A DNA stretch of 43,312 nucleotides from Alphaproteobacteria bacterium (GTDB taxonomy: Bacteria > Pseudomonadota > Alphaproteobacteria > Rickettsiales > UBA3002). Where the stretch lies: NCBI GenBank assembly GCA_030427685.1, contig JAUIBB010000003.1:1-43312 (forward strand). The letters run 5' to 3'. Positions within the stretch are counted from its first letter, which is position 1. Each line of letters starts with the position of its first letter. A program made the translations under genes and the position numbers. Positions 1 to 9,081 of this stretch are shown piece after piece. The notes under the pieces are model-generated. The model made no database searches, was not told the DNA's origin, and worked only from the letters and a program-made list of their open reading frames with translations.

Positions 1-2
1 GC

Positions 3-479
3 AATGTCTCGGCATGGTATCACCCGGGCCGTAGCGGCGCTATTGGTCTTGGGCCAAAGAACATCCTCGCCTATTTTGGGGAATTGCACCCTTCCACGCT
101 GAAAGCGCTGGATATCGACTTCCCCGTGATGGCGTTTGAGGTGATGCTGGATGCCATTCCTCCATCGCGTGCTAATAAACGGAAGGCGCTCAGCAGCTCT
201 GACTTCCAGCCTGTTTCGCGTGATTTTGCCTTTGTCGTAAACGCCGATATGGCTGCGGCTGACTTGCTGCGTGCGGTTTATGGTGCAGAAAAAACCCTGC
301 TGCGCGATGTGACTATTTTTGATGTGTATACCGGCAAAGGAATTGAGCCCGGGCAAAAATCCATTGCCCTGACCATTACCCTGCAAGCCCCGGATCGCAC
401 GCTGACAGAGGCTGAAATTGAAGCAGTTTCGCAAGCGGTGGTTACCAGCGCACGTAAAATTGGCGCCGTACTGCGCTAA
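3..479 (+). CDS. pheT: Phenylalanine-tRNA ligase beta subunit, C-terminal part (5' truncated by window)
   Basis: Frame open from base 3: WYHPGRSG...FGELHP, then FQPVSRDFAF and FDVYTGKGI...KSIA...DRTLTEAEI (FDX-ACB anticodon-binding domain). Confidence 0.96.
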   Translation, partial: NVSAWYHPGRSGAIGLGPKNILAYFGELHPSTLKALDIDFPVMAFEVMLDAIPPSRANKRKALSSSDFQPVSRDFAFVVNADMAAADLLRAVYGAEKTLLRDVTIFDVYTGKGIEPGQKSIALTITLQAPDRTLTEAEIEAVSQAVVTSARKIGAVLR

Positions 480-516
480 CCTTCAAAAAACCGTCACTTT
501 TATCCTCTTTCTCCTC

Positions 517-525
517 TGTTATAAT
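517..525 (+). promoter_or_regulatory. Putative extended -10 promoter (TGTTATAAT) for the downstream orphan gene
   Basis: TGn + perfect TATAAT, 30 nt upstream of ATG 556. Confidence 0.45.
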
Positions 526-555
526 GGGCAAATATAGCTTCTGAGGTCAGCGCGC

Positions 556-1065
556 ATGAGTATTACTCCGCAGAATAAGGTCCATGGCGACAAAGCCCAT
601 AGCGGTAAGCTGCCCGAACTCTACCTAAATCCCAAAACAGTAGATTTTTATGATTGCCAACGGGCCACTGCGTATATCGCGGAATACAAGCTTGGCGGGA
701 ATTATTCCGATACGTTTCTCTTTGAAGACAATAAAAATCCAGGTGAATACATGCTTGAGATCAGCATGTACAACCGTCGGCATCCCCAAAATGAAAGTAT
801 CGCTCGCGGACTCTATAATCGCATGCATCCCGAGCCCAAAGGCCTCACCAACCTCCGCTATGTTTTCAGTGACCGGCATTACAGTGAAAAGCTATCTGGC
901 TTTACCCTTCCGCAGCTGGCTGCCGGGATCAATCAGTACCTGCACTCGCAGATTGGCTACTATGCTCAATTATCTCCACCTCAGCCAGTCCCCAGAAAAT
1001 TAAACGCCTTGCTGGATAATGTACGAAACATTCAGCAGGAAAAGAGCATTAATTTCGGCGGATAA
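556..1065 (+). CDS. Hypothetical protein (169 aa)
   Basis: Longest ORF filling the pheT-purK gap; own -10 element; no motif recognised; 3' end overlaps purK 3' end by 17 nt. Confidence 0.7.
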   Translation: MSITPQNKVHGDKAHSGKLPELYLNPKTVDFYDCQRATAYIAEYKLGGNYSDTFLFEDNKNPGEYMLEISMYNRRHPQNESIARGLYNRMHPEPKGLTNLRYVFSDRHYSEKLSGFTLPQLAAGINQYLHSQIGYYAQLSPPQPVPRKLNALLDNVRNIQQEKSINFGG

Positions 1066-2116
1066 TGGTGACATGCCCCATTTTGCGGCCCGGGCGGGAA
1101 TCCGTCTTGCCGTAAAGATGCACATGCGCTTCGGGCTGTTTGGCATATTCCTGCCATAGCTGCCAATCATCGCCCAGCAGGTTCACCATTTCGCAGGGGC
1201 GGTGCGCGGTGGTATCGCCTAATGCCCAGCCGCAAATTGCCCGAATATGCTGCTCGAACTGGCCAGTTGGCGCCCCTTCCATCGTCCAGTGCCCGGAATT
1301 ATGCGGACGCGGGGCCAGCTCATTCACCAACAAGCCTTGCTCAGTGACGAACATTTCAACGGCAAGCAGCCCAACGACATCCAGCGCCTCGGCCAGTGTT
1401 TTAGCAATCTGGGTGGCCTGTGCCTGATGCGTATCAATAAATGGCGCAGGTGCGATGGTCTTATGCAGGATATGGTCGCGATGGATGTTTTGTACCAGCG
1501 GATAACAGCGCGCCTCGCCCAATGTCGAGCGCGCAACGATGACCGAGGCTTCGGCTGAAAAATCAATGAACCCCTCAAGGATACATTCCGTTTTTCCCAA
1601 GGCCACCCATGCCACGACGGCATCCTCCAGAGATTTAATGACGACCTGACCTTTGCCATCATAGCCCATTTCTGTCGTCTTCAGAACGCAGGGAACGCCA
1701 ATAGTTTTTATAGCCTCAGCCAATTCTTCATTACTGCGCACAGGCGCGAACGGTGCTGTTGCAATCCCCTGTGCCCGAATAAACTCCTTTTCCCGTAACC
1801 GGTGCCGCGTGGTGAACAGCACCGAAGGCTTGGGGCGCACGGTGACAATGCTATCAAGCATTTCAAGGGTTTCGGCGGGGATATTCTCGAACTCGAACGT
1901 CACCACGTCGACGCTTTGCCCGAAGGCACGCAGGGCCGTTGTGTCCTGATAGGCGCCAATCGTGGTTGTGGTCGCCACATGGCTGGCTGGCGAGTCTTTA
2001 TCTGGCGTATAGATATGCGTTTTATATCCCATGCGCGAGGCCGCACGCGCCAGCATTCTCCCCAGCTGTCCGCCGCCCACAATGCCGATGGTAGAACCGG
2101 GAGGCGTAAGGCTCAT
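1049..2116 (-). CDS. purK: N5-carboxyaminoimidazole ribonucleotide synthase
   Basis: [42 protein letters not shown]. Confidence 0.98.
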   Translation of the reverse strand: MSLTPPGSTIGIVGGGQLGRMLARAASRMGYKTHIYTPDKDSPASHVATTTTIGAYQDTTALRAFGQSVDVVTFEFENIPAETLEMLDSIVTVRPKPSVLFTTRHRLREKEFIRAQGIATAPFAPVRSNEELAEAIKTIGVPCVLKTTEMGYDGKGQVVIKSLEDAVVAWVALGKTECILEGFIDFSAEASVIVARSTLGEARCYPLVQNIHRDHILHKTIAPAPFIDTHQAQATQIAKTLAEALDVVGLLAVEMFVTEQGLLVNELAPRPHNSGHWTMEGAPTGQFEQHIRAICGWALGDTTAHRPCEMVNLLGDDWQLWQEYAKQPEAHVHLYGKTDSRPGRKMGHVTIIRRN

Positions 2117-2655
2117 CGTTTTGCCTTCTTTTTACTGGTGGTGGGTTTATCCGAAGGCTTCTCGGCCACAGAAGCCGTTTGTGCTGAGCGCCATTTGGCC
2201 ACACGCCCCGCGAGCGTTTTATCCGACAATGCCAGAATCATCGCCGCTAGCAGACCAGCATTCGCCGCGCCATGCTCACCGATCGCCAGCGTACCGACCG
2301 GCACCCCTTTTGGCATTTGTGCGATGGACAGCAATGCATCCATCCCTTCCAGCGACTTCGAGAGCACCGGCACCCCTAATACGGGGATCGGCGTAATAGC
2401 GGCGGTCATGCCGGGCAAATGGGCCGCGCCCCCTGCTCCCGCAATAATCACCTTATAGCCAGCCTTCTCTGCACCTAATGCAAAATCATACAGGCGTTTG
2501 GGGGTACGATGCGCAGATACAATGCGCGTATCATAGGGAACATCCAGCGCATCCAGCATATCGGCAGCGCATTTCATCGTCGCCCAATCCGATTGACTGC
2601 CCATGATAATGGCCACGCGTGGCGTGGAGCGGGTTGTTTTTTTGGCAACAGCCAT
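2113..2655 (-). CDS. purE: N5-CAIR mutase
   Basis: [34 protein letters not shown]; start set at ATG 2655 (AGAGG SD); 4-nt overlap with purK. Confidence 0.97.
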   Translation of the reverse strand: MAVAKKTTRSTPRVAIIMGSQSDWATMKCAADMLDALDVPYDTRIVSAHRTPKRLYDFALGAEKAGYKVIIAGAGGAAHLPGMTAAITPIPVLGVPVLSKSLEGMDALLSIAQMPKGVPVGTLAIGEHGAANAGLLAAMILALSDKTLAGRVAKWRSAQTASVAEKPSDKPTTSKKKAKR

Positions 2656-2750
2656 ACGAACCTCTACGTGGGGGTTAAACCTTTCCCTATACGAAGGTTG
2701 CGCGACCGTCAAACCTACGCTACAAAAATTTGCCTAACGGAGTGAATTTC

Positions 2751-3881
2751 ATGAAAATTGCAGCCGCCCGAGAATCCTCACCACTTGAGTCCCGCGTCGC
2801 CCTCACCCCTGATTCCGTCAAGAAATTTGTTGCCCTTGGCATTCAGGTTTCTATTGAATCCGGTGCTGGTCTTGGCTCGGGTATCGCCGACGATGCCTAT
2901 ACCGCAGCAGGCGCGACCGTCGCCGCCAGCGCGGCAGAAGCCTTTGCAAATGCTGACATCGTCGTCTGTGTCGATACGCCGGCAGAAGATGTACTTGCCC
3001 ATATCCCACAGGGATCCATCCTGATTGGCATGCTCAACCCGCTGGATAAACTAACGGATTTTTCAGCACTCAATGCGCGGTCGATTCACGCTTATGCGAT
3101 GGAGTTCCTCCCGCGCATTTCTCGCGCACAATCGATGGATGTACTGTCATCGCAAAGCAATCTTGCGGGTTACCGCGCCGTTATTGAGGCGGTTGCCGCA
3201 ACCAGCAAAACCATTCCGATGATGATGACTGCTGCCGGCACCATCCCTCCAGCCAAAGTACTGGTGCTGGGCGTAGGCGTTGCCGGGCTTCAGGCAATTG
3301 CGACCGCCAAGCGCCTTGGCGCCGTGGTCAGCGCGTTTGACGTCCGCGCCGCCACAAAAGAGCAAGCAGAATCACTCGGCGCGAAGTTTATTGAAGTCCC
3401 TGCCGCAGATAATGCCGAAACCAGCGGTGGCTATGCCAAAGAAATGGATGATGACTACAAGCGTCGTCAGGAAGAGGCGCTGGCCGCCGTGATCAAAACA
3501 CAGGATATCGTGATTACCACCGCCCTGATTCCCGGAAAGCCAGCACCGGAGCTGATTACCAAGGCCATGGTCGCCAGCATGAAAGCCGGCAGCGTGATTG
3601 TAGATCTCGCTGCTGCGGCAGGCGGCAACTGCAAGCTCACCAAACGTGACGATGCCATCCAGACAGAAAATGGTGTTGTTCTATTGGGCTACACCAACCT
3701 CAGCAGCCGTGCGGCGAGCGATGCCAGCCCTCTTTACGCGCGCAACTTATTTACGTTCATCAGCACCCTGATGTTCGATAAGACAACAAAAACCCTCAAA
3801 ATCCTCTCGGATGACGAGCTGATTAAAGGCACACTGGTGACCAAGGGCGGCAAGACGGTGCATCCTGCCCTCGTGGCATAA
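2751..3881 (+). CDS. pntAA: NAD(P) transhydrogenase subunit alpha part 1 (dI)
   Basis: ESRVALTP, RISRAQSMDVLSSQSNLAGY, GVGVAGLQAI, GGYAKEM; start ATG 2751 after GGAG. Confidence 0.97.
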   Translation: MKIAAARESSPLESRVALTPDSVKKFVALGIQVSIESGAGLGSGIADDAYTAAGATVAASAAEAFANADIVVCVDTPAEDVLAHIPQGSILIGMLNPLDKLTDFSALNARSIHAYAMEFLPRISRAQSMDVLSSQSNLAGYRAVIEAVAATSKTIPMMMTAAGTIPPAKVLVLGVGVAGLQAIATAKRLGAVVSAFDVRAATKEQAESLGAKFIEVPAADNAETSGGYAKEMDDDYKRRQEEALAAVIKTQDIVITTALIPGKPAPELITKAMVASMKAGSVIVDLAAAAGGNCKLTKRDDAIQTENGVVLLGYTNLSSRAASDASPLYARNLFTFISTLMFDKTTKTLKILSDDELIKGTLVTKGGKTVHPALVA

Positions 3882-3890
3882 GGAGTAGTT

Positions 3891-4295
3891 ATGACGGATA
3901 TTTCGACCCTCACCCAGCAAGCGAGCGACATCGCAGATCAGGCCGCGACCCTGCAAGAGCAGTCGCAGGAGCTACAAACCCTGCTCACCCACGGAGCAGG
4001 CGTTGATCCCTTTATCTTTGGCTTCACGGTTCTCGTCCTTGCCTGCTTTGTTGGCTATTATGTTGTCTGGCGCGTTACCCCGGCACTGCACACCCCGCTG
4101 ATGAGTGTTACCAACGCCATTTCCGGCATTATTATTGTGGGCGCCGTCATTGCACTGGGTGCCAGTGGTGAGGGCTTCTCGCACACGATTGGCTTTATCG
4201 CTGTGACCATCGCAAGCATTAATATTTTTGGCGGTTTTATCGTCACCCAGCGCATGCTGGCGATGTTCAAAAAGAAAGAAAAACCTAAACCCTAG
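3891..4295 (+). CDS. pntAB: NAD(P) transhydrogenase subunit alpha part 2 (membrane)
   Basis: [34 protein letters not shown]; AAGGAG SD. Confidence 0.97.
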   Translation: MTDISTLTQQASDIADQAATLQEQSQELQTLLTHGAGVDPFIFGFTVLVLACFVGYYVVWRVTPALHTPLMSVTNAISGIIIVGAVIALGASGEGFSHTIGFIAVTIASINIFGGFIVTQRMLAMFKKKEKPKP

Positions 4296-4307
4296 GGAAG
4301 CTTATCC

Positions 4308-5705
4308 ATGAGCAGTATTATTTACCTCGCCTATCTCGCCTCTGCCGTTTGCTTTATCATGGCGCTGCGTGGGCTTTCATCACCTGTTTCTGCACGGCAG
4401 GGCAATCTTTACGGCATTGGCGGCATGGCAATCGCCATCCTCACTACCCTAAGCCTGCCTCAGGTCGAATCTTACAGCTATATTTTTGGCGGCATTGCTC
4501 TGGGTGGCTTCATTGGTGCTGTGATTGCTAAACGTATTGCGATGACGGCGATGCCCCAGCTTGTGGCCGCATTTCACTCTCTCGTAGGGCTTGCGGCGGT
4601 ACTCATTGCCATGTCTGCACTTTGGTCGCCGGAAGCGTATGGGATTGGCTCTCCGGGAGAAATTCACTTTGGCAGCCTCATCGAGATGAGCCTTGGTGTC
4701 ATCATTGGGGCCATTACCTTTACGGGATCAGTCGTTGCCTTTGCCAAACTACAGGGGTTGGTTTCCGGGGCACCGGTGCGCTTTCCCATGCAGCACCTCA
4801 TTAACGCAGGGTGCGGCCTGGCCCTTCTTCTCCTGATGATGCTTTTCTGCGCGACGGAAGCGAAGTTTATTTTCGTGCTACTGATCGCCATTTCATTAGC
4901 GCTGGGTGTTTTGCTTATCATTCCGATTGGCGGCGCCGATATGCCGGTAGTGGTATCGATGCTCAATTCCTACTCCGGCTGGGCGGCGGTGGGCATTGGC
5001 TTCACCCTTGGCAACCCCGTGCTTATTATTGCAGGGGCGCTGATCGGCTCGTCAGGCGCAATTCTTAGTTATATCATGTGTAAGGCCATGAATCGCTCGA
5101 TCATCAACGTGATTTTTGGAGGATTCGGCTCGGTAGCAGCTGCAACGGAAGCTGGCGCTGCTAAAGATGAGCGCCCGGTCAAGTCCGGCGCAGCAGAAGA
5201 TGCCGCCTTCCTGCTTGCCAATGCGGATTCCGTCATTATCGTTCCCGGCTATGGGATGGCCGTAGCGCAGGCACAACATGCCGTGCGTGAGCTGGCTGAA
5301 ACACTGGAACATAAAGGCATCAAGGTCCGCTATGCGATTCACCCCGTGGCTGGTCGTATGCCCGGACACATGAACGTATTGCTGGCCGAGGCCAATGTAC
5401 CTTACGAGAGCGTGGTTGAGCTGGAAGAAATCAACAACGACTTTGGCACAACAGACGTGGTTTATGTTATTGGCGCCAATGACGTCACCAACCCTGCCGC
5501 AAAGAATGACCCCCAAAGTCCGATTTATGGCATGCCAATCCTCAACGTAGCAGAGGCGCGGAATGTCATCTTCAACAAGCGCTCGATGGCAGCAGGCTAT
5601 GCCGGCATTCAAAATGCCCTGTTCTATCAGGAAAACACCATGATGCTGTTCGGTGATGCCAAAGCGGCAACGGAGCAGCTGGTGAAAGCACTCAAAGAAC
5701 TCTAG
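4308..5705 (+). CDS. pntB: NAD(P) transhydrogenase subunit beta
   Basis: [55 protein letters not shown]. Confidence 0.98.
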   Translation: MSSIIYLAYLASAVCFIMALRGLSSPVSARQGNLYGIGGMAIAILTTLSLPQVESYSYIFGGIALGGFIGAVIAKRIAMTAMPQLVAAFHSLVGLAAVLIAMSALWSPEAYGIGSPGEIHFGSLIEMSLGVIIGAITFTGSVVAFAKLQGLVSGAPVRFPMQHLINAGCGLALLLLMMLFCATEAKFIFVLLIAISLALGVLLIIPIGGADMPVVVSMLNSYSGWAAVGIGFTLGNPVLIIAGALIGSSGAILSYIMCKAMNRSIINVIFGGFGSVAAATEAGAAKDERPVKSGAAEDAAFLLANADSVIIVPGYGMAVAQAQHAVRELAETLEHKGIKVRYAIHPVAGRMPGHMNVLLAEANVPYESVVELEEINNDFGTTDVVYVIGANDVTNPAAKNDPQSPIYGMPILNVAEARNVIFNKRSMAAGYAGIQNALFYQENTMMLFGDAKAATEQLVKALKEL

Positions 5706-5938
5706 GCTGGGCAACCACGCGCGGCTCCACCGTTCTTGCCTCTGCTATTGCCGGGAGGAATCGCCTGCACGGCAATCCGAGCACTGCGTCGCCTGTTATG
5801 CCCTCTGAATTCTCAGGCTCCCTTGCAATGATGCTGTTTTATACGCACCGCCTCAATAAACAGCTGGGGCCAAAGACAGCCGTCTCTTTCCTGCATTATC
5901 GCGCATCACCTCCTTGTGCTGCAATTCATCGCAGCAAT

Positions 5939-5968
5939 AAAAAAGGGCCGCTAAATAGCGGCCCTTTT
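5939..5968. terminator. Bidirectional intrinsic terminator between convergent pntB and rpsU
   Basis: AAAAGGGCCGCTA-AA-TAGCGGCCCTTTT perfect inverted repeat with A and T tails. Confidence 0.85.
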
Positions 5969-5990
5969 CGTATCAATGAATTATGTACGA

Positions 5991-6194
5991 CTAATCGAAC
6001 ATATCCGCTTTTTTACGTGCCAGTTTACGGGCGCGACGGACGGCTTCTCCAGCCTCGCGCACTCGTTTCTCGGACGGTTTTTCGTAATGCTTGCGCATTT
6101 TCATTTCGCGGTAAATCCCTTCACGCTGCATCTTCTTTTTGAGGACGCGCAAAGCTTGATCCACGTTATTATCACGAACTACTACTTCGACCAC
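5991..6194 (-). CDS. rpsU: 30S ribosomal protein S21
   Basis: [21 protein letters not shown]...YEKPSEKR; GTG start. Confidence 0.97.
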   Translation of the reverse strand: MVEVVVRDNNVDQALRVLKKKMQREGIYREMKMRKHYEKPSEKRVREAGEAVRRARKLARKKADMFD

Positions 6195-6231
6195 GAGCTA
6201 ATACCCCCTTCCGGCGTTGTTTAGGACGGGC

Positions 6232-6261
6232 ATTATGGCACAGGATTGTGGATAATGGCAA
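6232..6261 (-). promoter_or_regulatory. Putative sigma70 promoter of rpsU with a perfect DnaA box in the spacer
   Basis: Minus strand TTGCCA-N18-CATAAT; TTATCCACA at 6247-6255. Confidence 0.55.
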
Positions 6262-6414
6262 GCCCGGAATTGCGGGGCTGTGTATCGTGACGTATCGTAC
6301 TGCACCAGCATTCCCGACGAAATGGAAATCCCCCGCGAACGCCTCCTGACGGCACTGCTTCTGATTTCCACCATTCCCGGGTATGCATCGGTTATCACGA
6401 GAAAAGGACATACC

Positions 6415-6693
6415 ATGCAAAATATAACCACCGGCGGCGTCGAAGTACCTAAACTAAAAAGCTATATTGAGCGCATCGAGCGCCTGGACGAAGACAAGGC
6501 TGGCATTGCCAGCGATATTCGCGATGTGTTCGCAGAAGCGAAAAGCAATGGCTTTGATGTCAAAGCAATGCGCCAGATCCTCAAATTGCGCAAGATGAAG
6601 GCCAATGAGCGCACTGAAGCTGAATACATGCTTGATCTCTATAAGCGTGCACTCGGCATGGAAATGGAACTAGATACAGAAGAAGCGGCTTAA
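6415..6693 (+). CDS. gapR: GapR / DUF2312 (UPF0335) nucleoid-associated protein
   Basis: LKSYIERIERLDEDKAGIASDIRDVFAEAKSNGFDVKAMRQILKLRK...LYKRALGM; start ATG 6415 after AAGGA. Confidence 0.92.
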   Translation: MQNITTGGVEVPKLKSYIERIERLDEDKAGIASDIRDVFAEAKSNGFDVKAMRQILKLRKMKANERTEAEYMLDLYKRALGMEMELDTEEAA

Positions 6694-6736
6694 GCGGCAC
6701 TTCACGAACGACCCATCTTGTTTTCAAGGCTAGTCA

Positions 6737-6758
6737 GCGGCCCCAGAAATGGGGCCGC
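6737..6758 (+). terminator. GC-rich hairpin after gapR (possible terminator or 3' stabiliser)
   Basis: GCGGCCCCA-GAAA-TGGGGCCGC, 9-bp stem; lacks an immediate U-tract. Confidence 0.5.
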
Positions 6759-6936
6759 AACACCTCGTATTTATCTATAAATTACAGATTAGTATTTAGA
6801 TTTTCTCATTTAGTACTTTAAATTTTTCCACTTAGCATGGCACAGCGCCCTGATTGACTCCCCCAACGATTCACTAACGGGGGTTCTGCCACAAGGAAAC
6901 ATAGCTTCATAAGATTTACAGCAACTGATGCAAAAA

Positions 6937-6952
6937 TGTTTCACGTGAAACA
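6937..6952. promoter_or_regulatory. parS: parS centromere-like site (ParB binding)
   Basis: Exact TGTTTCACGTGAAACA consensus; palindrome extends to 24 bp (6933-6956); intergenic. Confidence 0.88.
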
Positions 6953-7138
6953 TTTTGCCTAGCATTACATCATATTGTGGCGATTGACGGCATTTTATAC
7001 ATTATCTGGAATCCACTCGCCCTCATCTTATTTTCCCGGCAACCACAAACCCACAGATAGCACCCTCCAAAATAGCGCTAACCCCAGCTCATGCATCACT
7101 TTAAGAGAGCCTTAGTCAGCGTAAATTACGGCCACCGC

Positions 7139-7147
7139 ATTATAACA
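7139..7147 (-). promoter_or_regulatory. Putative leftward extended -10 promoter pointing toward parS
   Basis: Minus strand TGTTATAAT just past the terminator; no convincing gene downstream. Confidence 0.3.
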
Positions 7148-7165
7148 CTGCCTTTAGAGGCCCAC

Positions 7166-7203
7166 ACAAAAAGAGGCCCGCGAACCTGAGTTCGGGGGCC
7201 TCT
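7166..7203 (-). terminator. Intrinsic terminator for the minus-strand DUF465 transcript
   Basis: Minus strand AGAGGCCC-C-CGAAC-TCAG-GTTCG-C-GGGCCTCT followed by TTTTG. Confidence 0.75.
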
Positions 7204-7350
7204 ATGCTGGGGAACTGGTAAGTCCCCCTCTCGAAGTTCCGCCGGATCAGCGACGGAGCCTAAACCCACCTATCCATAAATGGGGCGGGGTATCCGTGAT
7301 CCAAACGAGGCGCGGTATGCGCGCCTCTATCTGGACCTTCACGCCAGCGC
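7166..7350 (-). ncRNA. Candidate structured RNA / long 3'UTR (family not recognised)
   Basis: Back-to-back stems at 7209-7228, 7244-7302, 7307-7327, 7331-7347 ending in the terminator. Confidence 0.35.
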
Positions 7351-7352
7351 GA

Positions 7353-7544
7353 CTAAGCTGCAGTCCAGTGCGCTTTATCCACCAGGCGTAACCGCGCCAA
7401 TTCCTCTTTCAGGAGGAGTTTTTGCTTTTTCAGTGTCTGCAACATCGCGAAGTCTGGCGATGGGCGCAGCAATTCATTGGCGATGCGTTGTTCGAGTTTC
7501 GTGTGCTTTTCTTCAACCATGATGTAATGAGCGTGCAATGACAT
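7353..7544 (-). CDS. DUF465 / YdcH family small coiled-coil protein
   Basis: KHTKLEQRIANELLRPSPD...LKKQKLLLKEEL. Confidence 0.85.
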   Translation of the reverse strand: MSLHAHYIMVEEKHTKLEQRIANELLRPSPDFAMLQTLKKQKLLLKEELARLRLVDKAHWTAA

Positions 7545-7843
7545 GCGTACCTACCTTTTGCGTTATGGTTGCCCTGTGAGAACCGAGTGTTTTCATTGTA
7601 GTACCTTCGATCATTCAGAGTGCCTATGGCAGCGATCGAATGGCGTCGCAAAGACAGGTATATAAAAGCAAACCAGCCTTAATAGTTCAATCAAAAACAG
7701 GGTCAAGGAAAAATAAATATTTTGGGTTCGTGTATTGACATTTTTCAAGATAGCGCTCCAAGCGCAACAGCCGAGACTGTTTTTATTGTTGTTCAATCAG
7801 GCTGTGAATAGAAGAAAAAACGCCCCGCTTGTACTGGACAAGG

Positions 7844-8137
7844 CTATTCATCCTCTTCAAAGCGCCGCTCGACCAACGCAACAATAGCAGCCAACGCCTC
7901 TTCGGCCTGACGCCCCTCGCCGTGTATTTCGATATTTACACCGCGCTCCGCAGCTAGCATGAGGAGGCTAAGGATAGATGTTGCCCCAGCACGCGGCATT
8001 TCCTGCTTTTCGTTGGCACGCGGCAGGCGCACGATCTCGATCTGCGCATCGTAGCTTGCCGCCAGCTTCACTAGCTTTGCCGCCGCCCTTGCGTGCAGCC
8101 CTTTTTTATTACAAATCGTGGCGCGAGCGATTTCCAT
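7844..8137 (-). CDS. ptsH: HPr/NPr phosphocarrier protein
   Basis: NKKGLHARAAAK (His15) and ATSILSLLMLAA (Ser46). Confidence 0.93.
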   Translation of the reverse strand: MEIARATICNKKGLHARAAAKLVKLAASYDAQIEIVRLPRANEKQEMPRAGATSILSLLMLAAERGVNIEIHGEGRQAEEALAAIVALVERRFEEDE

Positions 8138-8157
8138 ATTCCCCCACAGCCCGACTG

Positions 8158-8559
8158 CTAGCTCTTTTTGAGAAGGTTACTGGCGACGTTGATGTATTTA
8201 CGTCCAGCCTCTTGCGCGGTTAAGACCGCAGCCGGAAGATCGAGCGCCGTGCGTACGCTTAACAATTTAATCAGCATCGGCACATTCACGCCGGCAACCA
8301 CCTCGACTTTGTCTGGCACCATCGCAGAGATAGCAAGGTTGCTAGGGGTGCCCCCGAACATGTCCGTAAGCAGCGCCACGCCTTCTCCCTCATCAATCTG
8401 AGCGATTTTGGCGAGGATTTCGTTACGGCGATTTTCGATATCATCTTCAGGGCCAATGGAAATTGCCGACAGGTTCTTTTGTCGGCCAACCACATGCTCG
8501 GCGACGGCAATCAATTCCGACCCCAGCGCGCCATGTGTAATGATAATGATTCCAATCAT
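8158..8559 (-). CDS. PTS EIIA component, mannose/fructose type (ManX-like)
   Basis: MIGIIIITHG, LLTDMFGGTPSNLA, GVNVPMLIKL. Confidence 0.93.
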   Translation of the reverse strand: MIGIIIITHGALGSELIAVAEHVVGRQKNLSAISIGPEDDIENRRNEILAKIAQIDEGEGVALLTDMFGGTPSNLAISAMVPDKVEVVAGVNVPMLIKLLSVRTALDLPAAVLTAQEAGRKYINVASNLLKKS

Positions 8560-8607
8560 ACGAGTGGCTTTAAGCCAGCCTTACATGAATTGCAATCATT
8601 ACTCAGC

Positions 8608-9081
8608 CTAAGCCACGTTAGGACGCCAATCTGTTGGCAAGACGCGACCTTCTTGCATTGCCAGCACATAAAGCAGCACCGATGCTACCGATGTTTGAGG
8701 CAGCGGTGCCATCTTTAGATAGGGCACCTCAATGCCATGAAATGTGCGTTTTTCTGGCTCTGGCAAACGTGTATCGGCTGAAGGATCAAGCTCAATAATC
8801 AGGTGCAGCATTTGCTTGGTTGCGAAATCATTCATCTTCACAATACCAAGGCCACGCAATTCAAGCACACCAGCCAGCTCGGGGATGGCAACGGCTGCCA
8901 GCATCCCCATCATAGGCTCCAGCATGAGACGGTCATCTGCCACCAGTTTGGCGCCCATCAGAACGGCTTCCGCTACCAGTCGCGACTTCCCGGTACCCGA
9001 TGCACCCAGCACCAGACACCCCGCCCCTTTGTATGAAAACGCAGAAGCATGCAGGGGGACATTCGGATCTAACTCAGTCAT
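8608..9081 (-). CDS. hprK: HPr kinase/phosphorylase, short alphaproteobacterial form
   Basis: LHASAF, Walker A GASGTGKS, LVADD, LELRGLGI. Confidence 0.9.
   Translation of the reverse strand: MTELDPNVPLHASAFSYKGAGCLVLGASGTGKSRLVAEAVLMGAKLVADDRLMLEPMMGMLAAVAIPELAGVLELRGLGIVKMNDFATKQMLHLIIELDPSADTRLPEPEKRTFHGIEVPYLKMAPLPQTSVASVLLYVLAMQEGRVLPTDWRPNVA

Noticed and set aside
6236-6252. TGGCAC sigma54-like sites (also 6838 and 35741)
   Set aside because: None has GC at the required GG-N10-GC spacing.
7028-7096. Minus-strand 22-aa hydrophobic ORF (MHELGLALFWRVLSVGLWLPGK), type I toxin-like
   Set aside because: No SD, very short, no independent support.
7176-7200. CCCGCGAACCTGA resembling the TPP riboswitch core
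   Set aside because: No upstream CTGAGA, no P5 ATNCNGNCGNAGG segment and no thiamine gene; explained by the terminator stem.
7375-7383. One-mismatch DnaA boxes in coding sequence (TTATCCACC here; TTATCCACG in def)
   Set aside because: Explained by codons; not clustered.
7985-8030. Few-residue loop insertion in HPr (LPRANEKQEMP)
   Set aside because: Variable surface loop; His15 and Ser46 motifs intact.
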